From contig OZ260663.1 of the NCBI GenBank assembly GCA_965285935.1, positions 66,278,001-66,342,000 on the forward strand: a stretch of 64,000 nt of DNA, given 5' to 3'. The notes under the pieces were generated by a model that saw only the letters and a list, made by a program, of their open reading frames with translations, did no database searches and had not been told where the DNA came from. This stretch comes from Ophelia neglecta. Lineage: Eukaryota. The position numbers and the translations under genes are program-made. Shown here one piece after another: positions 37,001 through 52,000 of the stretch (position 1 is the first letter of the stretch; each line of letters starts with the position of its first letter).

Positions 37001-40000
37001 ATCAACAAAATGAGTTTATGGACAGTTCCCACACGGTGGACGGTCACCTCGAAATATCCTTGCAATCGTTTATAAATGACAGTACCATTTTTGTTGTCAT
37101 CATAGTCCGTTTCCATGAGAACGAGGTGATCTTCCGAGGGGCACAGTATGTCCATAATGCCCTTGTGAAATTGATGATATTCTGACATGTCTATCTGGAC
37201 CACGCGTGACCAAAACCAGGGCCCCATTTTGAATTTGTAATTTTCCAGATTCGTTAGGTCTGACTGATGTGAAATTAGTAGATCCGCCAATCATCTACGC
37301 AGGTGTGGCTACTCCTGTGACCTTAGAGGTCACGGTATCCTGTACGGGGGATAGCGCATTTTGCAACTCTCTTACAACTAGTCAGGTGAGCGAATAGGGG
37401 TCTAATTAAGCTCCCGTCATGCGCCTTATAACTGAAAATTATTTTCATTGCAATTCAATTAGCTTTTTTCAGTGTTCGCTATTTTGATACACAGGTCAAT
37501 TTTCAACTGAAGTTGCACCTCGAAAACGACAACATGCTTCCTTCGATAGAGCTACTGGGGTTGATTGATGATAATGCTAATGCCGGTATGTTGTTTAAAA
37601 ACATGTATATGCGGATCACTTTTAGATTCTGCGTGGTGTGAGGTAGCCAAGTTACATGGCTTTGAGGGTAGTTCTATGCTTTATAATGAACTATACTGAT
37701 GTTTACATGGACAATGGGGCCCTCCTACGATGGCTCACACTGACCATGTGAACATCATTATAAAACATGGAGCTGCCCTAGAAGCCATTTAGTAGCATGG
37801 CGACTTTAGAGGGAAATCCGCAATGGCGTCTCAACATTAGTTCAGCTATCAAATGGATGCCTTTGAAGCTAGATCGGTCTTAAGATTTTAATACAAACCG
37901 AGAATACATAAATGTTGTAGATGCCTTCAGTGGGACAGGTGTCCAGTCAGCTCTGACCATAGGGAAACAGCGCCGGGCTACGTTCACCATAACCAAGACG
38001 ATAACAGTGTCTTCAGCTCAATGCCAGGAAGCCAACAAATACCTAGGCGTCCAACTGCTCAAGGCAGACGGCTCTGAAGATGGCTACGCGGACAATGATT
38101 TCACCACATTGGAGCTTCCAAAAATGAGTTGTAGTGTGTCCTGTAAGTTTTATACCACTTAAATACTTCCTGAGTATAAGGATTTATTTTCGAAACGAAA
38201 TAATAATAAAATTATAAGACTAATTAGTCGGTTAACTTATACAATAGGCTAAGCTATTTCTGTTTTCATGGTAATCTTTGACGACTTGGCACTGACTTAT
38301 TTTCAGCTCCGAAGATAGACTTGGCTGTATCGACATTCATTGTGTCGGCAGGAGCGAGTTCACTGGCGGCAGGCACACCCTTGCCATTTACCCTGGGTGT
38401 AACTATCACCCTAGACAATGGCCGTAAATTGTCAGCGACACAGTGGCCTCACTGTAATATTGCGTTTTATATTTCTGGAGACACGATCTTAGATGCGGAT
38501 GATATATTGATACCATATCGGCTTACTGAATGTCAACGCTTCACCCTGACAAAGGAGTACTCGGCCACCACTACCATCACCCTCGACGACCCTGGTAGGT
38601 TTTATAAACACCCATGATTACCACATATAACCCATCAAAGTAAGACAACACTTCAGGGCTCACTTAATTTTTTTTGATAGTTTCCTTCGTTTCAATCAAT
38701 TTTATTAAAGTCATTTCTACCTTTTAAAATGTACTATAGTGTCAATTACATAAAAGCGTAAAAATACAAAGTTAAGAATCTTAGGATATAATTAACTTAA
38801 AACAATATGTACAATTTATACACTAAAGCGCCAGATTTTGGGTTATTGGATTGAAAGTATAAATGGGCTAGGGTATCTAATCTAGACTCAAACACAATCG
38901 TCACATATACACCCAACCATTCTAAAGCCTGGGGGTCTTCTGTGATAAGTATGTTAACAAACTACTCTTTTATAGACATCATTTCTTTTAAAGACACTAC
39001 AAAGAAAATAGGAATTCGATTAATTATGATAAAGCACGCTTTCTTACAAAAATAACTACGGTGAACTCACGTTTTGAAAACCCCTTGTCACAATATGACA
39101 ATATTAGATCTCATTGCTGTGAAAATTTACATCTTACATGTGTAATGTGAACATTGTCCAAAGTCGCAATTATAGCCCACAGGTGATCTTATTCCAATTC
39201 ATTGGTGATCATGATGAACTAGAATATAGTCATGGTATTAGTAAAATCTGCGTTGCCAAAACTGATTGTTGTGTATGTGTCAGTGCGTTCAAAAGTAGTG
39301 CATATATGAGCTACTTTCAGATGGTCTCTACCTACACCCACAGACGCTGAACAAGATATGTACCGGCAGTTATAGTCCGTACTATATAGGCGTCCACATA
39401 GATAGCTTTGAGTCGGATGGCGGTAACTCAAGGCGAGGTCAGATTGATGAATTTCTGGAAACGAACAATGTCGCCTGGTCAAGTCATGATACACTCACCG
39501 GTGTCGACTGCTCCGACTTCACCCAAAACACAAAACTGTGTAAGCAGCCCTGTTTTAATACGTATCATGTATGGAAATAAAATGTTAATATACACTCTAA
39601 CGCTGAAAACATAGCTACATTTACGTACATGTGTAAATAAAACAATTCTCTGTTCTGTGTTATATGTTCCAAATTTATTGTAGCTGAGGTAAACACTTGT
39701 TACGAATCCATGACTTCCTTTTCAATTGACTGTCGCAGGGGCCATGGTAATCGCGGACGTTTCAGTTTTTGTTCGAATGAATTTTGTGAGGGCTTCCGTG
39801 TGGTAGACAGTTTACGGAACATTCATATAATTCTATGTATTTGTCATTCTTTGCGTTTTTGCAGTAGACCTAAAAGAGGCGAAGACTGTGAACATGCCAT
39901 CATTTATCAGGGAAGAGGTAAATTTAGACTTTACATTGAGAGTAGCAGTCACCAACAAAGCAAAGAGTCCAATCAGAGGTACCGCTTCCATTTTCATCGT

Positions 40001-43000
40001 ATTCTGTTTAATCTCCAGTTAATATAAACATGTTTATCCATTAATAATCAAGCAGAAAAACTGCTATCTAGAATGTCAAAAAACATAGGCCTAACTTAAA
40101 TCTCTATCGCATAGGTACTACAAACTTCCCTTGGTTTAAAGCTGATATTTGATATAAGCAAGTCGAATGTAATTAAGACTTGCATGACCCTCTTTGTGTG
40201 TAATATATTACATGTAACATATTCCAAAGAGTACGTAACAGCTGTACTTTTCAATTGGTCTTAGTTAAAATTATGTCAGGGTATCTTTCCAGAACAGTTT
40301 TGAATTTGTGTTATTTTACAACATCGATGAACATGGCAAATGAATTATATACATGTAATTACTATGTTCACCAAATATTGTTATCGTTGCCCAATAAAAG
40401 AAATTTTTACAAGATCAATCATTTTCAAAAACAATACCATTCTTTTGTTAGTTCATTCAACATAATATTGAGGAAGTATGTGATGGTTAACGTTGTTCTC
40501 TTATTAGTTACCAACAGTAATGGTAATTAGGTCTATTGGTGTTTAGGATCCAATATCACATTGAATTTAAACAGGACTATTTTATATTTTATAGGCGGAA
40601 CTACTGGTAATAAGGACTATGAAATAAAGGTTTTCCTCAGTGAGGGTACCACGAAGACAGGTGAGTGGCAGGAGCTACGTGTCTCTCTCGTTGATGCAGA
40701 ATCTGTCAAGCTCTATCAGGGAATGGAAGAGGGCGGAACTGTTATCATTGAAATCAATGGTTAGTATCTCATCAGTTTTCTAACTAGCACATCAAACTAC
40801 CGCCTAATGTATAAATAAATGACAAATACCCTGATGGGTTATCGATATTTATATTATGAAGGATTTAATGTGAAGTGAATGTTTGAATATTAGATAAAAT
40901 GCTTTAAAATAAGGTTTTCAATATCTTACCGTGCATTCATCGCAAGCTAAGGGAATTTTTAGGACGGGGAGTCACTGAACGAAAAACACCAGGAGCATGC
41001 AATGCCATACAATCTTATCCAATACAAATCTTGGCCAAAACTATTGAACTTTATTCTTTCTCTGATATAGGAAAATGTTATGCTAATATGCCTGTCGGCA
41101 GATTCACGTGACATGATAAAATATACGATTACGTCGTTGCAACTATTGCATCAATAACCATAGCAACCCACACTTTTTACACTAGGGCTGACCACTTTAT
41201 CCAAATTGATTCATCTACTTTGCTTCAGCTCAGCTATGTGCCGCTCCTGTTTCTGGATGTGCGCCCGAAAATGTACTACTCCTTTCTGATTGCTCTGCTA
41301 TCCAGGCAGGCAGTCCCCACCTGTTGGTTGAACTGGACAACTTAAGATCTACGCTGGTGGATGATGGGTACACGATAGGAGAGCCACTGGTATTACCGGT
41401 CAACCTTCACTGTGGACCTACCCGTAAGTACCCAACGAAATCTTCTTTAAGTTTATTAAACCACCATCAAAGAGTGTCACTACTAGCTGATTAAACAATA
41501 TTAACGTCACAGCTTTTGGCAGACCGATATCATCGTATATAAATAGGACATATATTAAGTAAACCTATCCAAATTTCTTATTGTCATTGGGTTCATGCGA
41601 AAGACAATCTATTAAAGGATATTGACTGAAGGAGAAGCTAAATATAAAAAAATTGTTTTAAAACATCTTCGCTCTTTTATTGATTTTTGTTTTCATATTC
41701 CAGTGACACCGGTAATCCAAGAGTACTCCATGTCGTCCAAATTGGCCAATGGCGCCCATTTGTTCTCTCTCTACTTTACCATCCTGGTTCACAACTACAA
41801 CAAAGATGATGTGAGCTCCTCTTTCCAAACCAATAATGACAATTTCGAACTAGAATTGAGCTTGCTTGACGAGGGAGCGGGTGAGAGCGTCTCTCTCTCC
41901 GTACCGGATTTCACTGACAGTGGCTATCGCCAAGTTATACCGTCAGACGACAACGTGACTCTACAGGGCACAGGTGGTTCCCCATATAGTTTTATATTTT
42001 TCGCAATGCCATGTTGCCTTACAGTATACATTCTCATTCATTTTCATTACTAATATTGTTTACGTATTTAACATATATATAATTATATCCTTTCAAATAT
42101 AGTCACATAAACTGAATGTGGGATTTTCAAACACATGGCTTCCTCTTAATATTGACCGCAGTAATTTAAATATATACTGACTAGATCTAGAAGAAAAAGT
42201 GAATCGACTCGCGGCAGACAGAACGAACTCGTTTATCATGAACATTTTAATAAATTTGTCCGAAATTATACAAATTATACTAAATAATAAACATCTTAAC
42301 AATTATTTGTTGATTCCCGGCCAATCAATTGCCGTCTTGTGAAGAAATATCAATGTTCATAGGATTGATGAATCAAATGACTAAGCTGATGTTTTAGGTA
42401 GTCTTAACGTTATATACTTAATTTGATAAGCATGTGGACACTACTGTCCCGTTGTAGAATCATGGTAAAAGCTAGTTTCCTAGGCACAGAAGTCACCACA
42501 TAATATTCTGTGCAAGGATATCTGGCTATTGACAAATTGACATCCATTTCCTTCCATTTATCGTGATCTAGCTGTAGCTCATGTTAGTAAACTCCCAAGC
42601 CTTACGATATTTGCCTATCCATGTTTGTCCTTAAGATGAAAGGAAACACATTCAGCACCCTAATAATTAGGATATTTTTTTCATTCATTATAATTGAGTA
42701 CCAAATGAAAAACTCCTATAGGGTAATAAAGGGTTCGGGAGGCATTCTATATAGTCTCTTACTAACTGCTATATGTATATTTATTCATAGGGCATCGTTT
42801 TCATGACACACCCTTCTCTACAATTTTAGCCACTTTTGACATCAGCAATAATGAATGCAATGGCTGGAATAGCGCCGGAAGTGTGTACTTGAAAGCCGAG
42901 GTGGTCGGCATCCACAATCAGCTGAAGAACACCCACGGCTATACCGGACAGAGTAACGTGGTCTTGACTACAAGCACAGTCGTCTGCAACGATGGTCAGT

Positions 43001-46000
43001 ATGATAAAGGATGATCTAGTTACAAGAGAACATAACTGTTAGATAATTGGTGTAATTTTTATACTTTAAAACTGCACTTATTTATTTGTTTATTGACAGC
43101 CTACGTTGATCTTGGAGTCAAGTCCTTTACACTGCTACAAGACGCTGATGGCACTACAGAGGACACTGCGGTCACTTTGGGCGTACCGAAAAAGTTCGAT
43201 CTCTCCTTGTTAATAACCCCAAGCGGCGGGAACGTACTACCTGACAAAACGTCCACCCCTGACAGAAACTATCAGATAAGGTTCTACATATCGGACGATA
43301 ATATATGGGACGCGGGGGACCATCCGGTACCTGAGGTGTTTGGACCTGGCTATGATCCAGTCCTGAAGGGGGCTGTAAACGCTCAGGTGACTGAATATCT
43401 GAACTGGAACAGCCTCACTCCCGTTCCGGCACAGTCTTCACTGGTAATTGATGACTATTCTGGGGGACCCCACTGCCTTGATACCCAAGTCTACCTCGTG
43501 GTCAAGGTTGGCCACCTGGGCAATATTGTGGATCCTGATGACTCTAATGACAAGCTCGCCTACTTGATTACACTCAACTGCCCCGGAGGTTTGGGATATT
43601 TTTCATTAGCAATTATGTTTGATACTCTAACAAAGGCTAGGGTTAACAATAAAACACAGCTCTGGGTTTGGATCTGTAAGCTGCTATGCATATTAAATGA
43701 GTGACTTGGGCAATATCAGTTCATAGTAAAAAATAATATGAAAACGTTCGTACTGGGTTATAAAATGTTTCGCTAATTTGGTTTCGGAATGTTCATATGC
43801 AAATTCATCGGTCCTAAACGGAATAACAGAGGCGTGTATTAATAGGGCTGGCCGGAGATATTGAATATTGTTAATCATGCAGCAGCTACATTTCTCACTT
43901 TGAAACCTGATTGCAACAGTGGTACAGGGGCTGATTAGTGGTGCCACCTATAGCTGTGCATAGCGATTCAACACTGGGAATTTATTTAACTTGCCTTATC
44001 CTGCTACTCGTTAAAATGTCTATATATATATATATATATATATATAAATATCTATATATATTAAGCACAAATCCGGGTTGAATGATTTATTGAAGAGCTT
44101 ACCTAATATGTAATTTTCATTTTGGACTGAACTTACAGTTTACATGTCACCAATCTAATTTTATGACAGACACATTATTTTTTTCACCTCCGTTGTCTTT
44201 CAGATGTGTACTATGCGCACGATGTTTTAGGGCTACAAACTCAATTGTTTGTCGATGATAACCTGTTGCTATCGTTCGATATGAGTATCTCTAATTCAAA
44301 TCCTGACAACATTGACATACCAGCTGGCAAGGATAAGTCGAATAACTTCATTCTTCAGGTACGCACCTGGTCAATATATCTTTCGTTTAAAACTGTTTGA
44401 TTCATTGTTCAGCCTTCGTTAATGATCTTGTATACTACTAATGTTTATTGGGGGTTGGTTGGAAGTAATATCGTTCTTATGGTGGGCAGTAATGCAAGAA
44501 GGGTGGGGTTGTCTCCGTTTTGTAGTCTGCTTCACTGATGTTCGATTCAATTTCAAAGTTAGTTTGAGATATTGAATATTACCAAAATCTTTGGTATATT
44601 TTGTGTTTATTTGAACAAGATTCTAAATTAAAAATATCTAGTTGGGGCAATTCAATCTTCGGCCATCCATTTATTCAATGTATTTTTTTTCCTCAGCTGA
44701 ACTACTTTATTGGAGAATTTGCATCAACGGCCGGGATCAGACAAATAGCACAAACCGATATAAAAATGGATGACGGTAAAGTCCTCAGAGAGGGCATCCC
44801 CGTGGGAGGCACTTTAAATATCACTGGCGTACAAGTGAAGGCAACTATAGACGACACCGTGTGTGATGCTATCCAGGAAAATGGGTATTTATGTTGAATG
44901 GTCGAGATTATAAATAAAAATGCTATAGCTACAAAGGAAAGAAGAATGCAAACATGCACCATTAAACCTCATTTTGACATATGCGGATTTCTGATAATAT
45001 CTTTCAGCATGCTTCAAATACTGGCCCAGTATAGTGTGGGAATGGACGAATCGCTAGTGGACAGAGTAAACGGAAACGACGGAGTGACCATGCGCGGGAT
45101 TTCGTGCTCTAAGAGTAAATATAATACCACATTCCGACTGACCTTTATCATTTCAAACGAAATAAGAAACATATTACGATCAGCTAAAATATACTTTCAA
45201 TAATAATATATTGTGTTTTCAGACACTGCTGACTTATCAGTAGCATCTTTTAATATACTTGGAACAGTAACCAACGTTATAACGGTAGAACTGACACCTT
45301 TGGTAAGAGCTCGAGTCTGACTTTTTACTGATATTATATTATCTATGTCGTCGAAAGCTGGGAAGTTTTTATTATGTTATTATGTTTTTTTTTTCGTGTA
45401 ACGTGGAAAGTATTATTTTCATTGCAGTTGCGACTAAAAGGAACCCACACATATACCGGAGGAGGACAACATTATGTTTACAAGTATCTTCTGTCAAACG
45501 ATTCCGTTTTCGACCAGTGGGACAAGGAGCTGGAATTCACCGATTTCTCTGCTCAGCCTGATTGCGTTATCGTAAACGGTCTAAAAGAGTGTGCTCCAAC
45601 TTACACCGATACCATTGTAAGTCAATGAGCTATCTTCGGGTAGCATAAATCAAATGTGTTCCTTTCACGGGCATTATAATAATATCAAAAACAGTTGGAC
45701 ACGAAAAAAAATTCCTGGCCACGTGGCCTTTTTGATTCAAAACATTAGTTATAGTCAGTGGACATTATTGCCATCAACCCACTATTTTATCGACACAATT
45801 CCAATATCAGCCATAAAAAAAACGTAATGACTCTTTAACTCTTAAAATGGCATTTTTGTACACACAGCTGTCGGTTTGGACCGACATTATATATTATTAC
45901 TAATTTTGAGTTTGAAATGGCGGGTATCCACTGTGATTTGTTTAGTTTGTATTATTATTGTATTGCCCTGAAATGTTATTGCAAAATTTATATTAAGGCT

Positions 46001-49000
46001 GTCCCTGCCGATTACATTGTGGACTACTGTGGACGACCCTATCTGATAGTCGTCTTAGACACAGCGGATCTTATACAGGAAGCAGACGAACTCAACAATG
46101 TTAAAGCTACAGAAATATTTATGCCAGCCTGTCCCAATGGTAAGAGTAATAGATTTTTTTTATCAACGCTTTCGTAAACGTGTTTTTCTTAAAAACATTT
46201 ATTTTCTATAATAAAAGGCATTGATTTACTGTTTGTTAAGCACCTATACCTATACCTATACCTTTGAATCTAAGTAAAATCTTCGTCTCCAGACATTTAC
46301 GACCTTGAAGATGTGCAGTTCCGCTACCAAAACCGATTTTATGCCGATCGCCAGGCAACCATAGAATTCGATGCTAAGGTTTTCAATGTGCACAGTCAGG
46401 CAATTAACGCACCCTCTGGAACCAAATTTAATTTAAAAGTAACTAACTCCATTTAATTATAATTTAACATTTAAACGAGTAAAATATATGCTTTTACGCA
46501 TAAGGTCTTCTGTCTTATTATACGCCTAGTCATTCATTGTTTTAGTTATAGTGTTAATATAATAAAAAAAAAGTTATTTCATTTTCAAATAACATACCCC
46601 AGATAGCATTGCAGTCATGTTGTAGATATCTGATTACTGATTTCACTACGGGACTTTTTTCTTTAAGCTGTTCGCGCAGTTAGGAAAGGAATTCCTACGC
46701 TCCCGTGTAGTAGATATAACACCAGCCTGGGTGTATACCAGGCCAACGGACGTTGACCATTTCACTGTTAATCACGAGTCCCTCTCAGCTAAGGTACATA
46801 TACATTACAGTTACTTTGTTGATGTTTTATATTTATTACGCATGTATAAACAGACTACTGTGTGTCAATGAAGATGCGGGAAATAGTGACCAGTAACCTT
46901 TTTAATATCCTATGAACGGTTCTTCTCGTGTGGCTCCCTGGGAAAGCCCGGCTGAATATAACGCCGCCGAAAAGAGGGTCTAGACCGTAATTGTGATATG
47001 CGCGTTTCAGTTTCATCTTGGTGTTGAGTCATTTTTTGCGTGTTTATTTCTCCTTGGTATCCAACAATCTTTACTTTTTTCAAACTTGGTTATCCGTTTA
47101 GCATGAATATGGTTTAGCTTGCTTTGCACAATTTATTCATTCATTTGGTCCAATATATTTAATTAATTTTCAAACTTAGTTTGTCGGAACATGTCCTGTT
47201 CATTAGGTCATTACTCGGGTGAATATAATTTATCACCTATTCCTCTTAGTTAGGTTATTGATAATTTTAAGGTAATATATTTCATTCTACCTTATGTCAT
47301 TATTCAACGCATAAGTAACCTTCGAGTGTTGCCCAATTTTCTCGAAGACTACTACTGAAACATTACCAATTAACTTGCTTATAATTAATTATGTGAGTGC
47401 ACCGACTCCGAGAATGTCTCCAACATCATTCTTAGGTACGGGCAATATTCATGCATAATAATTGCTTCGACGGTAATATGATTTGGGTTAAACACCGAGT
47501 TCATAACTCGACAATACAATAAGAATTAAAGACGTGTACTTTCTTAGTGCCATATTTGATTTCTGTAAGTCAATTTCTTATGTTTATTTGCAGGAGTTTT
47601 CAGGGGTGCGTGGAGTGGTTATTCTGACAACGGCTTTGTGTGTAATGGGAGTAGACCATCTCACAATCGCCGTGATTCCTGTGGAAGCACTTGGGGAATG
47701 TATTGTCAACAACAATTACCATTCCATTCCAATAGAGTGTCTTATAAACGGTAAAAGATTATTTTGACTTTTCAATTCCCTTATCTCACGCAAGTAATGA
47801 CCATTATCATACTAGTATGAATACTAAACAATTTGATGCACCTGAACTAGAACTGTGTATCGAAAATGGCCACATAAGAAATTACTTTTTTGAATATTGA
47901 AAACAGAAATTTCAATTGATTGCTTTAGTAAAGTATAGCAAAGGATAGCATAGCTACGTTCGCTTTTACAGATAATGTAGACGTGTATGTGACCAGGGAC
48001 CGAACGGATCAACCTGTCTTCCGACTGCAATCTGATAACAACATCATTCTAGGAGCGGATAAAAAGTTTGAAATGGAAATGTCCATCGACATAACTGGTG
48101 AGTCCCTTCACGTGGTATCAGCGTATTCATTTAACAACTAACAGTGCTAGAAAGGCAAGACTATTTGGTGACAGTCATTGTTTAGTCGACTTATTTTCAG
48201 GACAAGCTGGTTGGTCGGACAGAACCGGCGAAGCCGATCCTGTGTTTACCTACTCGATGTTGCTGACCGATGGAGTAACTTCCATAATGGTGCCTACTCC
48301 GGACAAGAAAGAATTAATAAATAAGGCCACCGTGTCATCGGTCGTTCTTGACTTTGGTCAGAATCATTTGAATGTCTTAGAATTGGCCTTAATGGCTTTG
48401 GTTGTATGCAATTTATGTAACAATTTCGATGAGATGCAACTTCCTTTATTCGTTTTTCATTATAGCCACTCTTCAGTTTTAAAAGATAACGACATTTATT
48501 AACCGTTGCGCTTTTCCCCAAAACCTAGCTGAAAGACACATTTAAATGGCGGTTGAGTTTCTATCCCCATGGCATAATTAACTGGAGTATTGCATATCTA
48601 TAACAAAACTCAAAGTTGGTCAAATGTATTCTTTTTTAGGCGGTACCATAAACCTTGACCCATCTACATTTCTCCCTTTGTGTACGTCTGGACTCAGTCT
48701 GGTTGTAGATGTTGACCCTGAAAACAAACTGGAGGAGTCAAACGAAGGCAACAACAGGGTCGTGCTTACCGGTGTGGTAGTTACCGACGGAGGCTCAGGA
48801 ATGTGTAGCTGTGAGTCTTATTGCAATAATATAAACTTATGCGGTGATCCAACTTATCTACATTCAATTTAAGTGGAACCGATATTACCAGATAAGGCGA
48901 GCAATGGCGTTACTTGAATACAAGGTTCTGTAAAACAGTATTCACGTACAATTTAATTTTCTTTTGCTAAGATATATTAAGAAATAACTATCGCCTCAAC

Positions 49001-52000
49001 ATTTGTTAATTTTTACCTGGTTTCATGCTTATAATTAAAATCTTCATGTTATAATTATCTAGTTATTATCACATATATTTGCTGCTTCTCTTTAAGCGAA
49101 ACTGGACTTGAGTATAACGGATTTCCAATTGTCACCTCCGCCCAAACAACTTTTGGTGGCAACCACTCCGCCTACTCCGTTTGAATACACCATGACCTTT
49201 GTCATTACGAAAGCCCCTAATTCTGGTGCATCTGATCCGACTTCCTTCAAATATCAACTGGTAATGTCCCACACCGCGGATTCAAACGATCCATACCTGA
49301 CAGTTGTTTTACAGTCGGAAGTTACTGTGACCGATATGACCACAAAAACAGTAACTGGTAAGCGAGCATTACTGTCTTGAACCAGAATTTGTCTTATGTT
49401 AAGATAGCGACACAAGTCGAGCCGTTTGTTTTCACCATGCCGTAAAGTCACTTATATCGTTTACGACATCAGAACTGCAGTGAGTCGAGTTAGTTGAATT
49501 TCTTTTCAAGGTACAAGTAGTATTAAAGTAGATGCTGTCCAGGACCGTCCAATGCAGCACTTTTGCGCCAGGAAACCATACCTCGGAGTTTGGATTGACT
49601 TTGAAGATGATGTTGACGAGGTCAGCAACGACAACAACTACATATGGACTCCCATTGTTCTCCAATGCCCTCACTTGCAAGGTAGCCTTGGTTTTGATAA
49701 ATTATATAAAAAATCCCCATTTTATGTATTAACAGATTTATAGTTCTCGTACATATTGAAATACACATTTATTTATCTCATGTCTAATATATATTGGACG
49801 TTTTTCAGCTTTGTCGCTGATATCGTTTTACGGAACAGCTACAGATCGCTACAATGCTATCCAGGACTCAGTGCCGACCGTTCTCAGTTTTACAATGTCT
49901 ATACTTAACAAGGGTGGGGATATACCTGCCAACGGGGCGGGGGACAATTTTGTGCTAAAGGCTATTCTCAATAGTGAGGCAAATGTGTCTGGAGGTACTC
50001 ATTTGACCGGGGCAGTTTTTGCAGGTTTAGACATCCCATTGCCATCCTCTGCCATTAAAACTCGGCAGATAATCACGTACAACACATCGACTGTAACCTT
50101 GACATTGCCAAGCGACGCTTGCTTAGGTAGTTTAAAGTCTATATCTTCTTCAGTAACATACATAGCTGAATGAAATAATCGGTTAAATATTCTTTAATTC
50201 AAATACGTTTCATGCGATTGTTGTAGTTATTATAACAATCATACCTTTAGGTAGTACCCACCTGTGTTTGGAGGTAGAGCCAGGACCTGGAGTGGAAGAC
50301 TTGTTCAGGGACGATAATTTCCAATGTATTGACATTATTAATGGAAACATAGGTCTTGACTGTGTCAGAGGTAGTAGCTCTTTTGATCCTTTAGTAGCCT
50401 AACAGAATCTTGTTGTTTATATTCCATTATGTGTACCGGGATTGACAACTGCGTTAAGATACTATTACATCCACTTCCAGATATATCTATAGAGCCTGGA
50501 ACGGCATCTGTGACACCATTAGCGCCCCTAGTGGAGGTTTACCAGGACACTGTCGCCCAAATCGCCTTTAGCGCTGAAATCCATTTTGTAGGCCGTGCCA
50601 TACTTGGCGATGGGACAAGTAGTTATATTGGATTTGAATTTTATTTAAGCGACATAGACAGCATTACACCAACAGCACTCAACGGAGGTTCTTCCTTTCT
50701 TATTTCTTCATCATTTGAATTCGACAGTGTCAGCAAAGCAATTTTTAATGGGGACTTAAAAGACGGGAATAACTATGTCGCAAACGGAACGGCTGAGATT
50801 TTCATAACTTCGGAAGCCTGTGCTGCCATTGATCGATTTATATGTGTCAAATATATGATGGCCCGATCTCTACTGCCTCCCCTCAGGGATCAGAACAGTG
50901 ACAATGATTATCAGTGTGTTGATGTTTCTGGGATGTTCGGGTGTCATGCTAGTAAGTTTTGACTATCCCAAACACTTGCATTTGTATTAATGTTACAGGT
51001 ATAGGGTTATTTTAATCTTGCTGTTGAAAGGTCAAGGACGTTGATGTAAATTGTTCATTTGATACACTCACCGAAAGAGTTCAGTGTCCATTATTCTAGT
51101 AGTAATAATTATTAACGTTTTTCCCCAAAAGATACTCGAGACTTGGAGCCAGTTTGGTTGAATTTTGTTGATGATAACCATATTCGGGTTGACGAAGATG
51201 CCATGTTCGACCTTCAGGTGAAGGTAGAAGTCAGAGCAGATGGAAATAACATCACCAAACAACCAATCAAATTTGAGTCAACGTTTCATTTGTCAACCAA
51301 TCCTACGCTGGATGAGGATGACACACTGGCAAGTTGCCATTACACTCTGAACCAGTGCACGTTTTCCCGTAGAATCGTGGCATTAACACTTGATTTCAAC
51401 GCGTGCATTATTATTTTCAGATAACATACGCTGGCTTTAGTTATTTCATGGCTGAGCAAGAAATGGAACGACCTTTAGGTTTAGGAGATCACGTGCTCAA
51501 TTTGGGAGGCGTGCCTCTCCGAATACCATCAGCTGTTGACAATAAATACTGCGGACAAAGCTATATCATATACACTGCCGATACAGGTATAAAAGCACAT
51601 TTGGAAGAAGTTGATCCTTTTTGATACGACTTGATCCAATGTCTAATCATAATGGAAACATAGCTTCTGATGTGGACGTTTGTATAAATAAAATATTCAC
51701 GCATATTGTTTTTTATTTTGGTTTGCTATAATCATCGCCACAAGTGGCTAGATTATTTACGTCAAAAACTGGACTCTCACATCCATTTCTGTGTTTTTTT
51801 GTACAGGGTCACTTTCTGTGGATGAGAGATATGAGAACAACAATGTATATTCTAAAGCTGTCATTCTGCACTGCTTAGGAGGTAGACATTCCATTTCCTA
51901 AAACCATCCAGTTAACCTTGGTCATGTGTTATTTGTATTCTCATTTAACCCACATATATATGTCCATCTTCCAGATCAGCTCATGATGACGAGCCTGAGT